Origin: Antedon mediterranea
Taxonomy: Eukaryota > Animalia > Echinodermata
Direction of reading: 5' to 3'
Assembly (NCBI RefSeq): GCF_964355755.1
Contig: NC_092674.1
Location: 5,084,001-5,148,000, forward strand
DNA: 64,000 bases
The notes beneath the pieces are model-generated. The model saw nothing but the letters and a program-made list of their open reading frames with translations, did no database searches and was not told the origin of the DNA. This document shows, in pieces, positions 62,012 through 64,000 of the stretch. How positions within the stretch are numbered: position 1 is the stretch's first letter; each line of letters begins with the position of its first letter. A program made the translations under genes and the position numbers.

Positions 62012-63150
62012 AGCTCTGTCTATACTATCAAACTAGTTTAACAAAAAATGTGTGATGTGCACAAATATGGTAGTGATATGACATCATCATGTCCATATAT
62101 GGGCACATCACATTTTTTTGTCACACAAAGATTGATAGTGTAGACAGAGCTTAAGCTACCATTTACTCTCAAGTTAATTTCAGTGGCGGATCCAGTAAAA
62201 AAAAAAAAAAAAACACTATTATTAAACCATTAAAAAAACGGAAACGGATACATTTTTTAGCTGAATTTTGACATTTACAGGAAATAAGGCCTACATAAAA
62301 ATGTTTTTGGTCAAAACTATTTTGATATAAATTACCTTTTTCAATCCTATCAATGTGGCGGGATTACCGGATTAGTGTTGATAGGATGTAGGCCTATTAC
62401 AAAAAGTTTTGTAGAGCTTTATATTCGTTGGTACCGACACTTGTTATTTTTTCAATTTGCCCTTTCATTCAACTTTATCCTTGCAGCGTGGGTTTGTAAA
62501 TACTGTATGTAAAAAACATACTTTTCAAATACTGATGTCACAGATAACCACCGGACACTGTTCACAACCGGTTGTAAAAGTAAAAGTAAAAAAACATTTA
62601 TGTACCCGAAGGGGAAAACATGCATTGATTCAGTACGGGCTTTATATTGCACTGATGAATGTTTTTAATTTAATGGGATTTGGTATTTCCCAGTGTATTG
62701 CATAAACAATTTCGTCTCCGTATAGGCCTACCTTACTAAAGCTCTGTCTACACCATCAAACTAGTTTGACAAAATTGTGATGTGCCCAAATGTGGTAGTG
62801 ATATACTCAAATATGGTAGTGATATGACATCATCATGTTCATATGGGCACATCACTTTTTTTTTGTCACACAAAGATTGATAGTGTAGACAGAGCTTAAG
62901 ATACCATGAATTTACTCTCAAGCTAATTTCAGTGGCGGATCCAGTAAAAAACAATAATAAAAAACTTTCCACTAAAAAAACGGAAACGGATATATTTTTT
63001 AGATGAAATTTGACATTTACAGGAAATAGGGCCTACACAATATTTTTTTTTTGGTCAAAACTATTTTGATATAGATAACCTTTTGTCTATCCTATGAATG
63101 CGGGATTACCGGATTAATGTTGATAGGATGTAGGCGGCCTATTACAGATT
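62012..63150. repeat. Local duplication of a ~390-410-bp block (MITE A plus right flank) at 62012-62400 and 62739-63150
   Basis: After each MITE: TTTACTCTCAAG.TAATTTCAGTGGCGGATCCAGTAAAA...CGGAAACGGATA...GCGGGATTACCGGATTA.TGTTGATAGGATGTAGGC. Confidence 0.88.
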
Positions 63151-63299
63151 ACAGAAAAAAAAAACAAAAGCATTGCAAAAATACTATCGCTACCTCCAAG
63201 AATTGCAGTGTATTTTTCAAAATGAGTCCATCTCCATCGTGTTGTTTATGGTCTCAAGTAGGACCCTTCCTAAACATTTTTCCGAAGACTAAACACATT

Positions 63300-63560
63300 A
63301 TAGTGAGTGAGTGGCAGAGCTGTGGAACCATAATTACGTACATAACATCGACAAGGGTTCGAAGCTCACTCGCTCAATATTTCTGATGGTAGAACGAGTC
63401 TTCTTGGATAAGGACTATAAACCGTACACATACATCTAGCTCATGTGCACTTTAAAGAACCTAGTACATTTATCGAAACGATTAGGGGGGTCAACTTATA
63501 ACTGGGCCCTCATGGAGAACAGTCTTTAACTCATATAAAACAAATAAACAAACAAAAAAA
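63300..63560 (+). mobile_element. tRNA-derived SINE
   Basis: TGGCAGAGC (A-box-like), GGTTCGAAGC (B-box-like), GATAAGGACTATAAACCG and TGCACTTTAAAGAACC central blocks, (AAAC)n tail; second copy at 42262-42500. Confidence 0.7.
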
Positions 63561-64000
63561 ACATAATGAATTAGACAACAACAGTCCACCAACAAGTTTG
63601 ATAATATAAAACAGACACCGATATTTCGATCTTCTCTTTAGTCAGGAAATGAACAACCTGAAGATAAACAAATAAAGTTCGAATATAGAATCATAATAAA
63701 TTGTCTCACTATTCAAGTTCAAAAGCATTGATTATACAACGATTATCAGAAAGTAATTGATAGAACGATAAGATCGTGTCTGACCAGGAGCTGAAAAGTA
63801 AAGACAATACGCGGTGGGCTTTTAAAATTGTCTATTTGAGAACTTCTCTGTTTATTTAGTGAGAAAACAACTCTTTTTAATTCAGTGTATTTTGAAAGTA
63901 GTTAATTATAATTGATCTATTAATAGTTCATTTCATTTGTCCAAAATGAAATTCATGTTGACATACAATTGCTCAAAATTAGTTGAAGGTTAGTAACACA

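Overview
AT-rich, intron-containing animal (invertebrate) genomic DNA; the species cannot be fixed from sequence alone. Five spliced protein-coding genes were reconstructed by hand with phase-consistent GT-AG junctions: a TRIM2/TRIM3-type TRIM-NHL E3 ligase (+, 19178-22225, only 2 coding exons), CFAP97 (+, 27685-31900), mitochondrial cysteinyl-tRNA synthetase CARS2 (-, 48300-40559, 14 exons), an ING1/ING2-type PHD protein (+, 48728-49907, head-to-head with CARS2) and MCCC1 (+, 51332-60582, 17 coding exons). The rest holds about 18 copies of one Harbinger-type MITE, Helentron-type non-autonomous elements, L2/CR1 and SINE fragments, Penelope-like ends with decayed minimal hammerhead ribozymes, several minisatellites and a 4.3-kb satellite built from palindromes. 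The most unusual signals are (i) tandem repeats seeded at exon-intron junctions that multiply splice sites (14 extra donors in MCCC1 intron 6, an in-frame acceptor ladder in intron 2, further cases in MCCC1 introns 7 and 13 and CARS2 intron 7), (ii) a family of 17-25-bp CATGGA...TCCATG micro-elements with 7-bp target-site duplications, and (iii) a KIIK-to-KIIF change and long N-terminal extension in CARS2. All identifications rest on motif recognition; no database search was run.
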